Positions 1 through 12,343 are shown, counted from the stretch's first letter. The stretch is 64,000 nt of DNA from Cyanobacteria bacterium auto_48_18 (GCA_036170915.1 JAVHQC010000015.1:32001-96000), one strand, 5' to 3'. Numbers and translations are program-made. Notes: generated from the letters alone by a model not told the origin.

Positions 1-28
1 CACCCCATACCTTTGCAGGAATGGGGTG
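1..28 (-). terminator. Probable intrinsic terminator hairpin downstream of the RRM gene
   Basis: Minus strand CACCCCAUUCCU-GCAA-AGGUAUGGGGUG: 12-bp stem with one mismatch and a GNRA loop, 25 nt past the stop. Any U-tract would lie outside the window. Confidence 0.55.
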
Positions 29-53
29 TCGCATGGAAAACTTTAGTGGATTC

Positions 54-314
54 TTAGTAGGCTTTCTCTTTAGGCTTGGATGCGTTGACAACAATTTGTC
101 TGCCATCCACGTCTTTACCGTTCAAGCTGGCAATGGCGGCTTCGGCTTCAGCCTGGCTGCCCATTTCAACAAAAGCGAATCCACGCTTTCTGCCACTGTC
201 TCTGTCGGTGGGGATTGCCACCGAAACAACTTTGCCGGACTCGGCAAATAGTTCTTCGAGGCTTGTTTCGTCCAGGTTGTAGGAAAGGTTACCTACAAAT
301 AGCTTATTCTTCAT
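54..314 (-). CDS. Single-RRM RNA-binding protein (cyanobacterial Rbp type)
   Basis: RNP2 LFVGNL and RNP1 RGFAFVEM; GGAG SD upstream. Confidence 0.95.
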   Translation of the reverse strand: MKNKLFVGNLSYNLDETSLEELFAESGKVVSVAIPTDRDSGRKRGFAFVEMGSQAEAEAAIASLNGKDVDGRQIVVNASKPKEKAY

Positions 315-518
315 CTAATCTCCAGCAGTGCGTCTACACCAACACTATTTGGTGCAGCAGGCTCTCTATTTCGGTAGCCTTAATGGAGGAGTATTGCATA
401 TATTTCACTCTGCTGGAAGTCAATAAATCTCATCGAATCGGCACCGGGATGCTTGGCAAGGCAATTGCGATGTCAGATTCATCCTGTAGACTTGTGTCAT
501 ACCCAGAGGAGATTCACT

Positions 519-740
519 ATGGCCAAAAAAGTTGACACCGATGCGCCTCCAGCTTTAATTATCGAGTTCAAGACCACCAGCGGCGAAGTCTGGGGCACCA
601 TCAAGGCTGATGGCAAAGAATTCAAAACCGGATCCACCGGATTTTATGCCAACGGCAAAATCAAAAATCCTAAAAACGGTTCCGCTTATCAAGTTGGTAC
701 CAATATCATTTTAATAGGCAGCAAAGAGTCAGAGCCTTAA
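519..740 (+). CDS. Small (73 aa) hypothetical protein, predicted beta-rich
   Basis: ATG 519 preceded by GAGGAG SD, so the track start at 453 is too long. Motif KEFKTGSTGFYANGK...YQVGTNIILIGSK. Confidence 0.8.
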   Translation: MAKKVDTDAPPALIIEFKTTSGEVWGTIKADGKEFKTGSTGFYANGKIKNPKNGSAYQVGTNIILIGSKESEP

Positions 741-751
741 GCTTAGCTCGA

Positions 752-1222
752 TCAATCTTTTTGGGCAGCGGCGGCGTTCTTCAGCTTTGTGACCGCACGA
801 TCAAAGGCGCTGGCAAAGCGATGCTTGTCTTTGTCGGTATATTGCTTGGGCCCGCCGGTAATGTCGCCGCTGTCTCTTAGGTCAGTCATCAATGCCCTGA
901 TTGATACTCGTTCGCCGATGTTTTCTTCAGTGAAAACGTGCCCGCGCGGGTCGATTACAGTCACTTCGTTCGGCACAAGTAGCGCAGCCAACAAAATATC
1001 CTGGGTTATAACGAGATCATTTTTGTCGGCCCTTTCAACAATATATTGATCGGCAATGTCTGCGCCTTTTTCTACCTGTACCGCAGTCAGATACGGAGAA
1101 AGGGGTAACACAATTACTTTGTTGGCGACAAAAACTGCGTCGATGGCCTGTCTGTGACAAGCTTTGACTACAACGTCCTTTACTCCAACCGGGCAGGCGT
1201 CGGCGTCAACCCAAACTTTCAT
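752..1222 (-). CDS. yaiI: YaiI/YqxD (UPF0178) family protein
   Basis: N-terminal VWVDADACPV, plus AD(x)YIV and LVITQDILLA motifs. Confidence 0.9.
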   Translation of the reverse strand: MKVWVDADACPVGVKDVVVKACHRQAIDAVFVANKVIVLPLSPYLTAVQVEKGADIADQYIVERADKNDLVITQDILLAALLVPNEVTVIDPRGHVFTEENIGERVSIRALMTDLRDSGDITGGPKQYTDKDKHRFASAFDRAVTKLKNAAAAQKD

Positions 1223-1286
1223 CGTCTTTTTCCTGGTCTACAAAGTCTCAGCGTTTATACAATAACATCACAAAAGGGCGAATATA

Positions 1287-1327
1287 GTCACTCTTGAGTG
1301 ACAGCCATAGAATTCGGGCTGTATAAT
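1287..1327 (+). promoter_or_regulatory. Sigma70-type promoter for uup with an overlapping palindrome
   Basis: GTGACA(1298-1303)-N18-TATAAT(1322-1327). Perfect inverted repeat GTCACTC-TT-GAGTGAC at 1287-1302. Confidence 0.55.
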
Positions 1328-1335
1328 CAGTAGCT

Positions 1336-3186
1336 ATGCCAGTTGCAATCAGTTGCCAGTCTTTAACCAAGTCATTTAGCGCTCGCCCACTCTTCCGCGA
1401 TATTTCGATCACTATTGATGATCGTGAGCGGATTGGTTTGATCGGCCCCAATGGCTCGGGCAAATCTACATTGCTTAAAATTATGGCGGGGCTTTATGAG
1501 CCTGACTCCGGCACCGTCACCACAAGAAAATTTCTCAATATCGCTTATCTGGCTCAAGACAATCCTTATCCGCCTGAGGCAATTCTGCGCGATGTCGTAG
1601 CTGCCTCGCTAGCCGACCAGCATATTGAAGAATCAGAGCTGATTAATCGTGCGGAATATACTCTAAGTACGCTTGGTTTTGAGGAGCTCGATGCTCAGGT
1701 TTCGTCACTATCGGGAGGCTGGCGTAAACGCCTGGCTCTGGCTTGTGCTCTTGTTCGTGAACCTGATTTTCTTTTGCTGGATGAACCAACTAACCACCTC
1801 GATTTAGAGGGCGTTTTATGGTTGGAAGACCTTTTGAAATCTGCCCCCTTTGCTTTCATTCTCGTCAGCCACGATCGCAATTTTCTCGAGAATGTCACCA
1901 ATCGCACGGTGGAATTGAATTCTACTTATAAAGATGGCTATTTAAGCTGCAAGGGCCCCTATAGCTCGTTTCTAGAAGCTCGCGCCGAGTATTTGTCTGC
2001 TCAATCGAACGAGCAGCAAGCGTTGGCCAGCAAAATGCGCAGAGAAGTAGCCTGGCTACAGCGCGGTGCTCGTGCCCGTCAAACCAAGTCGGTGGGTCGC
2101 ATTCGTGAAGCCGGTAAACTCTTCGATGAGTTTGCCGAAGTCAAAGCGCGCAACAATATGACCAGTTCGGTCAATATCGATTTTAGTTCGTCTGGCCGCC
2201 GCACCAAAGAGCTTTTGGTGGCCAAACAAATTGAAAAATCTCTCGGTGGGCGCAAATTGTTTTCCGGCCTTGACTTAGTTTTGAGCCCTAAACAAAAGTT
2301 AGGATTGGTAGGCACCAATGGCAGTGGCAAAACAACTTTGCTGCGCATATTAGCCGATCAGATGCAGCCTGACAAAGGCACCATTAAAAGAGCAGATTTG
2401 CTCAAGATTGTCTGGTTTGATCAAAACCGAGATCAGCTCAATAAAGAAATTACCCTAAAAGAAGCCCTCTGCCCCAGCGGCGATTCGGTTGTTTATCGTG
2501 ATCGACAAATACATGTAATTAGCTGGGCCAAACGGTTTCTCTTCCGCCCCGACCAACTGCCTATGCCTGTCAGTTATTTGTCTGGTGGCGAGCAAGCGCG
2601 AATTTTAATTGCTCGTTTGATGTTGCAGGAAGCAGATTTGCTTATACTCGACGAGCCCACCAACGATCTCGATATTGCTTCGCTTGAAGTTTTGGAAGAA
2701 AGTCTTGAAGATTTCCCTGGTGCCGTTGTTTTAGTCACACATGATCGCTACATGATCGACACTATCTCCACCACTATTCTTGCCCTGGACGGTGAGGGTG
2801 GTGTTTCATTCTTTGCTGATTACGCGCAGTGGGAGTCTACACGGGGCGGCGGCGGAAAAAATAAATCGAAGAATAATTCGAGTTCCGGCAATTCGCCTTC
2901 CAATAGCAATAATAAAATCGGCAGCTCCACTAGTAGTGTGGCTGTAAAAAATCTCAAAGCCTTATCGAATAACGAGAAGAAAGAGCTAGACCAGATCAGC
3001 CTCAAGGTAGAAGAAGCAGAGCACGCATTGCAAGTAGTGCGCAAACGCATGGAAGACCCTAAGGTATCAGCCAATCATGTGAAACTGGCCGAAATGATGG
3101 ACGAATTGCATAAAGCTGAAACTAATGTGGCTAAAGTCTTTGCCCGCTGGGAAGAACTGGAAGCCCGCCAGGCAGCCAATAAGTAA
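1336..3186 (+). CDS. uup: ABC-F family ATPase, Uup type
   Basis: Two NBDs (GPNGSGKST, LSGGW, LLLDEPTNHLD; GTNGSGKTT, LSGGE, LDEPTNDLD), no TM segments, C-terminal coiled coil ending RWEELE. Confidence 0.88.
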   Translation: MPVAISCQSLTKSFSARPLFRDISITIDDRERIGLIGPNGSGKSTLLKIMAGLYEPDSGTVTTRKFLNIAYLAQDNPYPPEAILRDVVAASLADQHIEESELINRAEYTLSTLGFEELDAQVSSLSGGWRKRLALACALVREPDFLLLDEPTNHLDLEGVLWLEDLLKSAPFAFILVSHDRNFLENVTNRTVELNSTYKDGYLSCKGPYSSFLEARAEYLSAQSNEQQALASKMRREVAWLQRGARARQTKSVGRIREAGKLFDEFAEVKARNNMTSSVNIDFSSSGRRTKELLVAKQIEKSLGGRKLFSGLDLVLSPKQKLGLVGTNGSGKTTLLRILADQMQPDKGTIKRADLLKIVWFDQNRDQLNKEITLKEALCPSGDSVVYRDRQIHVISWAKRFLFRPDQLPMPVSYLSGGEQARILIARLMLQEADLLILDEPTNDLDIASLEVLEESLEDFPGAVVLVTHDRYMIDTISTTILALDGEGGVSFFADYAQWESTRGGGGKNKSKNNSSSGNSPSNSNNKIGSSTSSVAVKNLKALSNNEKKELDQISLKVEEAEHALQVVRKRMEDPKVSANHVKLAEMMDELHKAETNVAKVFARWEELEARQAANK

Positions 3187-3215
3187 GGCCAAGAATTAAG
3201 GCCAAGAATTAAGGC
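3184..3215. repeat. 13-bp tandem repeat (TAAGGCCAAGAAT x2.5) starting at the uup stop codon
   Basis: Read directly from the sequence. Confidence 0.85.
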
Positions 3216-3396
3216 ATATAGGTAAAGCGAAAAGCCGGTTCAAGCAGAAGTACAAGCTCATTTTGTAGACGCTTTGCAACAAGTTTATTACCTTTCAAGT
3301 GGCCTTCTGCGGCCACGGGGGAACTTCTTGCTTTGCCAGGCGTCTTTTGGAGGACAACGCAAATAGAAATTGGTGTTTGCAATTGAGGACATTTAT

Positions 3397-4029
3397 ATGC
3401 TGACTCGAAAACTATCCACTGCATCTTTGGCTGTTGCCATTGTAGGTCTACAGATGCTTCCGGCATTCGCCCAAACCACTGTTTTAAGCGGTAAAGTGAA
3501 CAGCAGTGCCGCCATGCCGCAACTAGTGCGTCAGGTGCCGGTATACGACACTAATAGAAATACTGTGAGAGTTGTTACTCCTAATCCAAATTCTAGTGCT
3601 GCTGCAAGTGTGCCTCGGCGCGTGTATTCAAGCGGCGCACAAACCAGAACTGTCTATGTTGAAAAACCTGTTTACCGCGATGTCATAGTGCGTGACAATC
3701 GCACCTATTTCCAGAGACATCCAAAAGTTAAAGCTGTTTCCATCGGTGCTGGCGTTGGTGCTGGTGCCGGCGCCTTAACCGGGGTAATTTCAGGTAGTGG
3801 CGTTGTTCGTGGTGCCGCCATTGGTGCAGGTACCGGCGCTGGCGTTGGCCTCGTGCGCAGCAGTCGAACAATGAAACGTCACCCCATTGCTCGTGATACC
3901 GCCACAGGCACTCTGGCTGGTTTGGGCATCGGTGCCGCTTCTGGTCGTGGTGGCAAACGCGCTCTTACTGGCGCAGGTGTGGGTGCGGCAGTTGGTCTTG
4001 GTGTTGGTCTGTTCAAGCATCTCAAATAA
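3397..4029 (+). CDS. Secreted glycine-zipper protein
   Basis: ATG 3397 with GAGGA SD; signal peptide ending AFA; four C-terminal GxGxGxG-type hydrophobic segments. Confidence 0.8.
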   Translation: MLTRKLSTASLAVAIVGLQMLPAFAQTTVLSGKVNSSAAMPQLVRQVPVYDTNRNTVRVVTPNPNSSAAASVPRRVYSSGAQTRTVYVEKPVYRDVIVRDNRTYFQRHPKVKAVSIGAGVGAGAGALTGVISGSGVVRGAAIGAGTGAGVGLVRSSRTMKRHPIARDTATGTLAGLGIGAASGRGGKRALTGAGVGAAVGLGVGLFKHLK

Positions 4030-4052
4030 GACATTGGAGATTAGGCATTAAC

Positions 4053-5117
4053 ATGATTAAGTCGGCAGGCAGCCTTGCATTAGTTTCAATAGCTATCGCT
4101 TCATTGGCTCTGAGTGGATGTTCGAGCGGTGCAAGTGATATGCGCGCGCAAGCGGAAACGCAAATTAAGGCAAATGATTTTGCTGGTGCGGAAAAGACAC
4201 TGAAGCAGGTTTTAGAGAATCAAGAGCGCTCTAAAAGTGGAAGTGACGTATCAATTGCACCGACACTGAACGCGCTTGGTAATTTGTATATTAAGCAAGG
4301 CAAGTACAGCGAAGCCGATGATTTGTTCAAACGTGCCACCAAATTGCAGCATCAAGCTATGGCACCACAACTGGTGGCCCTGGCCGAATCTCTCAATGGT
4401 CAGGGAGTGTCACTGACTCAACAAGGTAAGTTCGAGGCAGCTGAGCAAACACTGCAACAAGCTTTGTCTCTACGCGAAGATAATCTGCCGGCCGGTGCCT
4501 TACCCATTGCCGAAAGCGAAAACAGTCTGGCACAGGTCTATTTTCAAACCGGTCACTATCCTCAAGCCGAAGCGCTCTATAAAGCGGCACAGTCTATCTA
4601 TGAGAAGACCAGTGGAGTAGAATCAGCCGAGGCTGCCAATGTGCGCAACAATTTGGCCAGTCTTTATTATGCTCAGGGTAAATTACAGCAAGCTGAGCCC
4701 ATCTTTAAGTGGTCTGTGTCCATCTTCGAGCGTGCCTCAGGCAAGGATAGTCTTGAAGTAGCCAATGCTTGCAATAACTTGGCCGAGCTTTATCGCGCCC
4801 AGAAGAAATATGCAGAGGCTGAGCCACTCTATGTTCGCGCCCTGGCTATTTACGAAAAAGCTTCGGGCAAGGACAGCCCGGCTGTGGCTACCGCTTGCAA
4901 CAACCTGGCAATTCTTTACCGCACTCAGGGCCGTTTTGCTGACGCTGAGCCATTGTATAAACGCGCCATTGCTATTTACGACGCTAACAGCGGTGTCTCT
5001 AACCAGCAATTTGCCAACGTGCTCGAAAATTATGCCGAACTGATGCAATCTACTGCTCGGCCAACTGAGGCGCAGGAGTTACGAGCGCGAGCTAGCGCCA
5101 AAATTGCCCAGCGCTGA
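4053..5117 (+). CDS. TPR lipoprotein with ~42-aa kinesin-light-chain-like TPRs
   Basis: Lipobox LSGC; repeated NNLAxLYxxQGxYxxAEPLYxRALxI. Confidence 0.9.
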   Translation: MIKSAGSLALVSIAIASLALSGCSSGASDMRAQAETQIKANDFAGAEKTLKQVLENQERSKSGSDVSIAPTLNALGNLYIKQGKYSEADDLFKRATKLQHQAMAPQLVALAESLNGQGVSLTQQGKFEAAEQTLQQALSLREDNLPAGALPIAESENSLAQVYFQTGHYPQAEALYKAAQSIYEKTSGVESAEAANVRNNLASLYYAQGKLQQAEPIFKWSVSIFERASGKDSLEVANACNNLAELYRAQKKYAEAEPLYVRALAIYEKASGKDSPAVATACNNLAILYRTQGRFADAEPLYKRAIAIYDANSGVSNQQFANVLENYAELMQSTARPTEAQELRARASAKIAQR

Positions 5118-5214
5118 GATAGCGTGGCGATAAGTTTTTAATCTAGATAACCGATGAGGTCGCAACCTTTTCAATCTTTCGGCCTCTTACGCAAATATTG
5201 CAGGCGCCTTAATC

Positions 5215-5361
5215 ATGCCTGAAGATTTACTTTTGGCCATGCTTGTTGAAGAAACAGGCCTCTATTACAACGCCCTTGCGGCTCTGCCACTCAATCTGCC
5301 TGAGATTTATCAAGAGCTCTACATGGGCGAACCCGGCGCCTCATATGTCCAGAGCCATTGA
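5215..5361 (+). CDS. Possible 48-aa small protein
   Basis: ORF MPEDLLLAMLVEETGLYYNALAALPLNLPEIYQELYMGEPGASYVQSH in a 340-bp gap, co-oriented with its neighbours; weak SD. Confidence 0.35.
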   Translation: MPEDLLLAMLVEETGLYYNALAALPLNLPEIYQELYMGEPGASYVQSH

Positions 5362-5460
5362 AATGCTGCTTAACAGCGGTTTATCTCAGACAGTTTAGCT
5401 TCGATTCCAGTAAGCTATGGTTTTCTCATTGAATATTTTTCACCGGATTCCAAATAGCAA

Positions 5461-6657
5461 ATGCGCTGGCGCTACATCGACAATCAGTCTCAGACGGAAG
5501 TACTCTACCGCAAGCGCGTGCTTGATCAGATTGAAAACTGGTGGCTATCTTTTGCCAAGCGTTCTAAAGAATTTGAATCGCACATTCGCGGACGCAGACC
5601 ATTGCCCATCGAAGAACTGGCCAATTGGGTTGATGATGGGTTGAATAAAATCAACGATAATTTGCTCTGGGAATTATGGCCCGGTGATGATGATACTTGT
5701 TTGTTCATTATCACTCCAGAAATGGACCACTATAAAAGGCCACTAGTTAAAACTATTGTCGAAATGGCGCCTCATATTGAAGGCTGGTCGTTTCTGCCGG
5801 TGCGACCGGCCCTGAGCGTAGATGTGCTGCAATCTATATTTGAGTCTCGCACAGGCCTGAGCATTCCCGAAACTAAAATTAGTTGTGTACGTTCTAGCCG
5901 TAATGTTGTTGACGTCACATTCTTCTCAGACTCGTTCAGCGGCGAAAACGATCGCGAAGATATTGAAACTGCCTATTGTTTGTGTGAATATCTGGTTGGC
6001 GAAGATACGCTCAATAAGTGGATTGGCACCATCACCACACAAGTTATAAACACGAGTGCTGGCCGTATTGTCAGTCTGTTTGCCCGTGATAAGCCAATCG
6101 ATATGACACACACTAAATCACTCTCTGAGTTTGCTCAAGCAGTTGATAAAGTGGTGCTCGAAATAAAGCTGCAAATCGATGATGAGCCGCTGCGTTTGCA
6201 AATTCTGCAACCAGCCGAACTTTTGACATTTGAAGATGCCGCCAGTCATTCAGCAGCAACACGGCGCACTTTCGTTTCGGCCAAGAAAGACATTGTTGAA
6301 TCGATTGTGTTGAACGGCCTTTTCTATTCAGAGCGTTTCACCAAACATGGCGAACGTTTTTGCTACCTGAAAATTACAGGTGGCGAGTTGCTTGTGGCTA
6401 CAGAGTGGTTTGTCAAATTACGCGGGCAAGTTGATCAGCAGCTTCGTGCGGCAGAGGCAGGTTGTGTCTTTGGTTTCGGTCACGACGCTGAGCACCTGTT
6501 TATTGATCTGGCTATAGAAAATTTTGATGAAGCGGTTGTGGTGCTTCGAAATGTGGCACAACAGGAGAAGCTGCCGGTCAATTCGTGGCTTCTATTTTTC
6601 GATACCGAGCTCGAGCAAGAGTGGATTGGACTATTTGGCGAAACTGTAGCTCCCTGA
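5461..6657 (+). CDS. Acidic hypothetical protein, resembling DUF695-associated or immunity-like proteins
   Basis: Long ORF; pattern IENWWLSF...FIITPE...APHIEGWSF...LVGE recalled from DUF695-type proteins, not verified. Confidence 0.6.
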   Translation: MRWRYIDNQSQTEVLYRKRVLDQIENWWLSFAKRSKEFESHIRGRRPLPIEELANWVDDGLNKINDNLLWELWPGDDDTCLFIITPEMDHYKRPLVKTIVEMAPHIEGWSFLPVRPALSVDVLQSIFESRTGLSIPETKISCVRSSRNVVDVTFFSDSFSGENDREDIETAYCLCEYLVGEDTLNKWIGTITTQVINTSAGRIVSLFARDKPIDMTHTKSLSEFAQAVDKVVLEIKLQIDDEPLRLQILQPAELLTFEDAASHSAATRRTFVSAKKDIVESIVLNGLFYSERFTKHGERFCYLKITGGELLVATEWFVKLRGQVDQQLRAAEAGCVFGFGHDAEHLFIDLAIENFDEAVVVLRNVAQQEKLPVNSWLLFFDTELEQEWIGLFGETVAP

Positions 6658-6693
6658 TTTTATTGCCATCGAGTGAAGGTGAGATAAGCATTT

Positions 6694-7242
6694 GTGATAG
6701 AGAAGCCGCTTCTAATTCTTGACCTTGATGAGACTTTGATTCGCGGAGTCAACGAAGCACTTGATCGCGCCCCAGAGATGGTCTTATCTCACTATTTTAT
6801 TTACTATCGACCTCATGTGCGTGAGTTTCTCGCCCACTGCGGCGAGCGTTATACCTTAGGTTTATGGTCGTCTGCCACTAGCAACTACATTGCTCCTATT
6901 GCCAAAGCGTTGTGGAAAGATCTACCGCCTCCTCTATTTGTTTGGGATAGAAGCCGCTGCACTGTGCGTTATGATTTTCACAAAGGCGAGGAATATTTTG
7001 TCAAAGATTTGCGTAAGGTGATGGCTAATGGCGTGGACTTGGCTCGGATGATCATGGTCGACGACGAGTTACGCAAAGTCTCACTGCAAAACGCCAATGC
7101 CCTTTGTGTGCGGCCATTCTTAGGTGACACCGACGATGCTGAACTGCAGCATCTGAGTAAGTACCTTGACTCTATATGTGGTGCGCCAGACTTTCGCAAA
7201 GTAGATAAAACTCACTGGCATCAGTTAAGCGGAATATTTTAA
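6694..7242 (+). CDS. HAD-superfamily NIF/FCP1-like phosphatase
   Basis: LILDLDETL (DxDxT), RPHVREFL, WSSA, KDL and MVDD motifs. Confidence 0.88.
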   Translation: MIEKPLLILDLDETLIRGVNEALDRAPEMVLSHYFIYYRPHVREFLAHCGERYTLGLWSSATSNYIAPIAKALWKDLPPPLFVWDRSRCTVRYDFHKGEEYFVKDLRKVMANGVDLARMIMVDDELRKVSLQNANALCVRPFLGDTDDAELQHLSKYLDSICGAPDFRKVDKTHWHQLSGIF

Positions 7243-8088
7243 GTGGCAATTTTAGATATTAATGAAGTGCTGGATAGGCATAGTCTCTCTGAGTTTAAAG
7301 AACTTTTTCAGAATCCCGCTTATTCAGTGCGTTTAAAATTTGCCGCGGACAAAACTGAAAATAACCTTTCTCGGGCAGGCGGCAGACCGAGTTTGCCGCC
7401 TGCATTTGATTGGCCTGTGAGCCGCTCGAAGATTCCACTGGCATTCTTGTGTCAAATTGATTTGAGCCAACTCAAGAGCTTTAAAAATTCGTATGAACCA
7501 CTTCCTGCCAGAGGCGTGCTTTCCTTCTTTTATGATGCTTTTGATGGGCCCTGGGGCAATAACATCGAGGATAGTCAGGGCTTTCGTGTATTTTATTTTG
7601 AAGACCCAGCATTATTGAAAAAGACTGATCCACCAGCTAATTTACCGACGACTTCGATTTTTGCACCATGCGCAGTCAGCATGCATGAAGAACTTTCATA
7701 TCCGGCCATTACTGTGGAAATGGCCACCTTGAGCCCGGGCGGCTATGACTATTTTGACGCGTACCTGGCGGCGGCAGAAGAAATTTATGGTGATAGCGTA
7801 ATTCACAGAATGTTTGGCCATGGCCAGGATATAGCCGGCGATTTCAAATTGGATTGTGAAATTGCCAGCACGGGCCTTGAGCTTGATGATGACTTCGATT
7901 TCTCCTCCGCAGAAGGCGATCGATTAGCCCGTGCCTCAGAGCAATGGGTGCTTTTGTTGCAGCTAGACAGCGATGAGCAAGCACAAATGATGTGGGTTGA
8001 TCAAGGCCGACTCTACTTCGCTATTCGCGCCCATGACCTGGCTGCCCGTCGCTTTCACAAAGTATGGATGATCTGTGAAACTCGCTGA
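7243..8088 (+). CDS. YwqG/DUF1963 family protein
   Basis: SRAGGRPSLP..WP, PLAFLCQIDL, GVLSFFYD, LLLQLDSD..MMWxDxGxLYF, and the ending FxKVW. Confidence 0.85.
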   Translation: MAILDINEVLDRHSLSEFKELFQNPAYSVRLKFAADKTENNLSRAGGRPSLPPAFDWPVSRSKIPLAFLCQIDLSQLKSFKNSYEPLPARGVLSFFYDAFDGPWGNNIEDSQGFRVFYFEDPALLKKTDPPANLPTTSIFAPCAVSMHEELSYPAITVEMATLSPGGYDYFDAYLAAAEEIYGDSVIHRMFGHGQDIAGDFKLDCEIASTGLELDDDFDFSSAEGDRLARASEQWVLLLQLDSDEQAQMMWVDQGRLYFAIRAHDLAARRFHKVWMICETR

Positions 8089-8188
8089 ACCTGAGCGAGC
8101 ATCTTGGCAGCCCTTGCGCTTGGCTGGTCAAGATAGCTGTTTGACCATGGCTGGGGCAGTGTAGAATCAGACTGTCAGGGAGGACACG

Positions 8189-9506
8189 ATGAGTCTCGGT
8201 TTGTATTTAAAAGGGCAATTTGCCTCAGATAGCTCACGGGCGGCCGAGCCTCCTATTTTCGACCGCAAAAAGCTTGAAGAACTTGAGACCTGGCTGACAA
8301 ACGTTGCTTTTGATGAGCTCGAGTGGAGTCAGTGGACAGACGACGAAGAAGGTAACCCATGCTTGATGGTTCTGCTGCACCCTGGTGCCGAGCCGATTAT
8401 GCTGTCGCCCTGTGAAGATGGCTCGTTACTCGTGGCGGCTGCCACTTCTTCGGCGGGACCTGGATACCACATTTTCGTTTGCGACCTGGTGCGCAAACTG
8501 TCGCAAGTGCACGGCATTGAATGGATAGCCGATGATCAAAACGAATTTGTTGATGAAACAGGCTACTTTGATAGCGGCGACAAAGTCAGGCTCTACAGCG
8601 AGTTTGAGTCATGGATTGGTGCGCTTTCCAAAAGGGTAAAAGAGCTCTCTAAAAATGGTGCTAAATTTCATTTGGCCATGCCATTTGATGGACATCAATT
8701 TGATGTGCCTGAGCCGATTCTGACACAGTTGGGGCCACGCACGCTTGAGTGGCTTGATCTCGTTTCGGCAGAGCCACTCAGCGGCCGCGATATTTTTCCA
8801 TGGTGGGAAGACGGTCATGGTGCGGAGTATCACCTTGGTCGCGCGCTCTGCTATATGTGGAACACAGTGCGCTGGCGCGAACCTCTAACAGAAAAAGAGG
8901 CGGAGCTGCTCGAGCGTATTATGGAGCATCTCGACAGCGCTTACAGTCTTGATCCTGACTTAAAGTACCCATGGAAAGAATGGGCGCAAGTGATTGATTT
9001 TCTCGGTTGCGACTACGAGTACGAAGAGCAAATCGAAACCATGGCCGACAAAGCCTTGAACGCAAAATTAGTGGGCTATCGCCGCCAGGGTGTTCGCAAA
9101 AATCTAGGCGGCGGCTGGTCTGTAGCTGTGCCTGGAAATTTTGTTGAAGAGCTGGAAGAAGGCCAAACATTTTTGGCTTTTGACGAAACCAGAAATGTAA
9201 GGGTTACGTGCATGTCCGCAAGTGACAGCAGCGGCCAAAGTCTGGATGCTTTAGATATTTTGCAGAAGATCAAAGTGATTGACGATCCCCTTAAATATGA
9301 ACACGGGCCAGTGCACGGCCGCGCGTTTTTCGAGAGGGTGTCTGACGAAGAGAGTGCTTTCTGGATGCTGCGCGGAGTATCTGCTGCTCATGGAACTTTT
9401 TCGCAAATTACTATTTGTTTTGAAACAGAATCAGAACAGCTCTGGGCCATCGAAACCTGGAAATCATTAGACCACCGTTCCGCTCAACAAAAACCAGGAC
9501 GCACAC

Positions 9507-9514
<8 letters not shown>
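8189..9514 (+). CDS. Acidic hypothetical protein
   Basis: GGAGG SD; 441-aa ORF with LHPGAE, TSSAGPGYH and DETGYF motifs. Confidence 0.75.
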
Positions 9515-12343
<2,829 letters not shown>

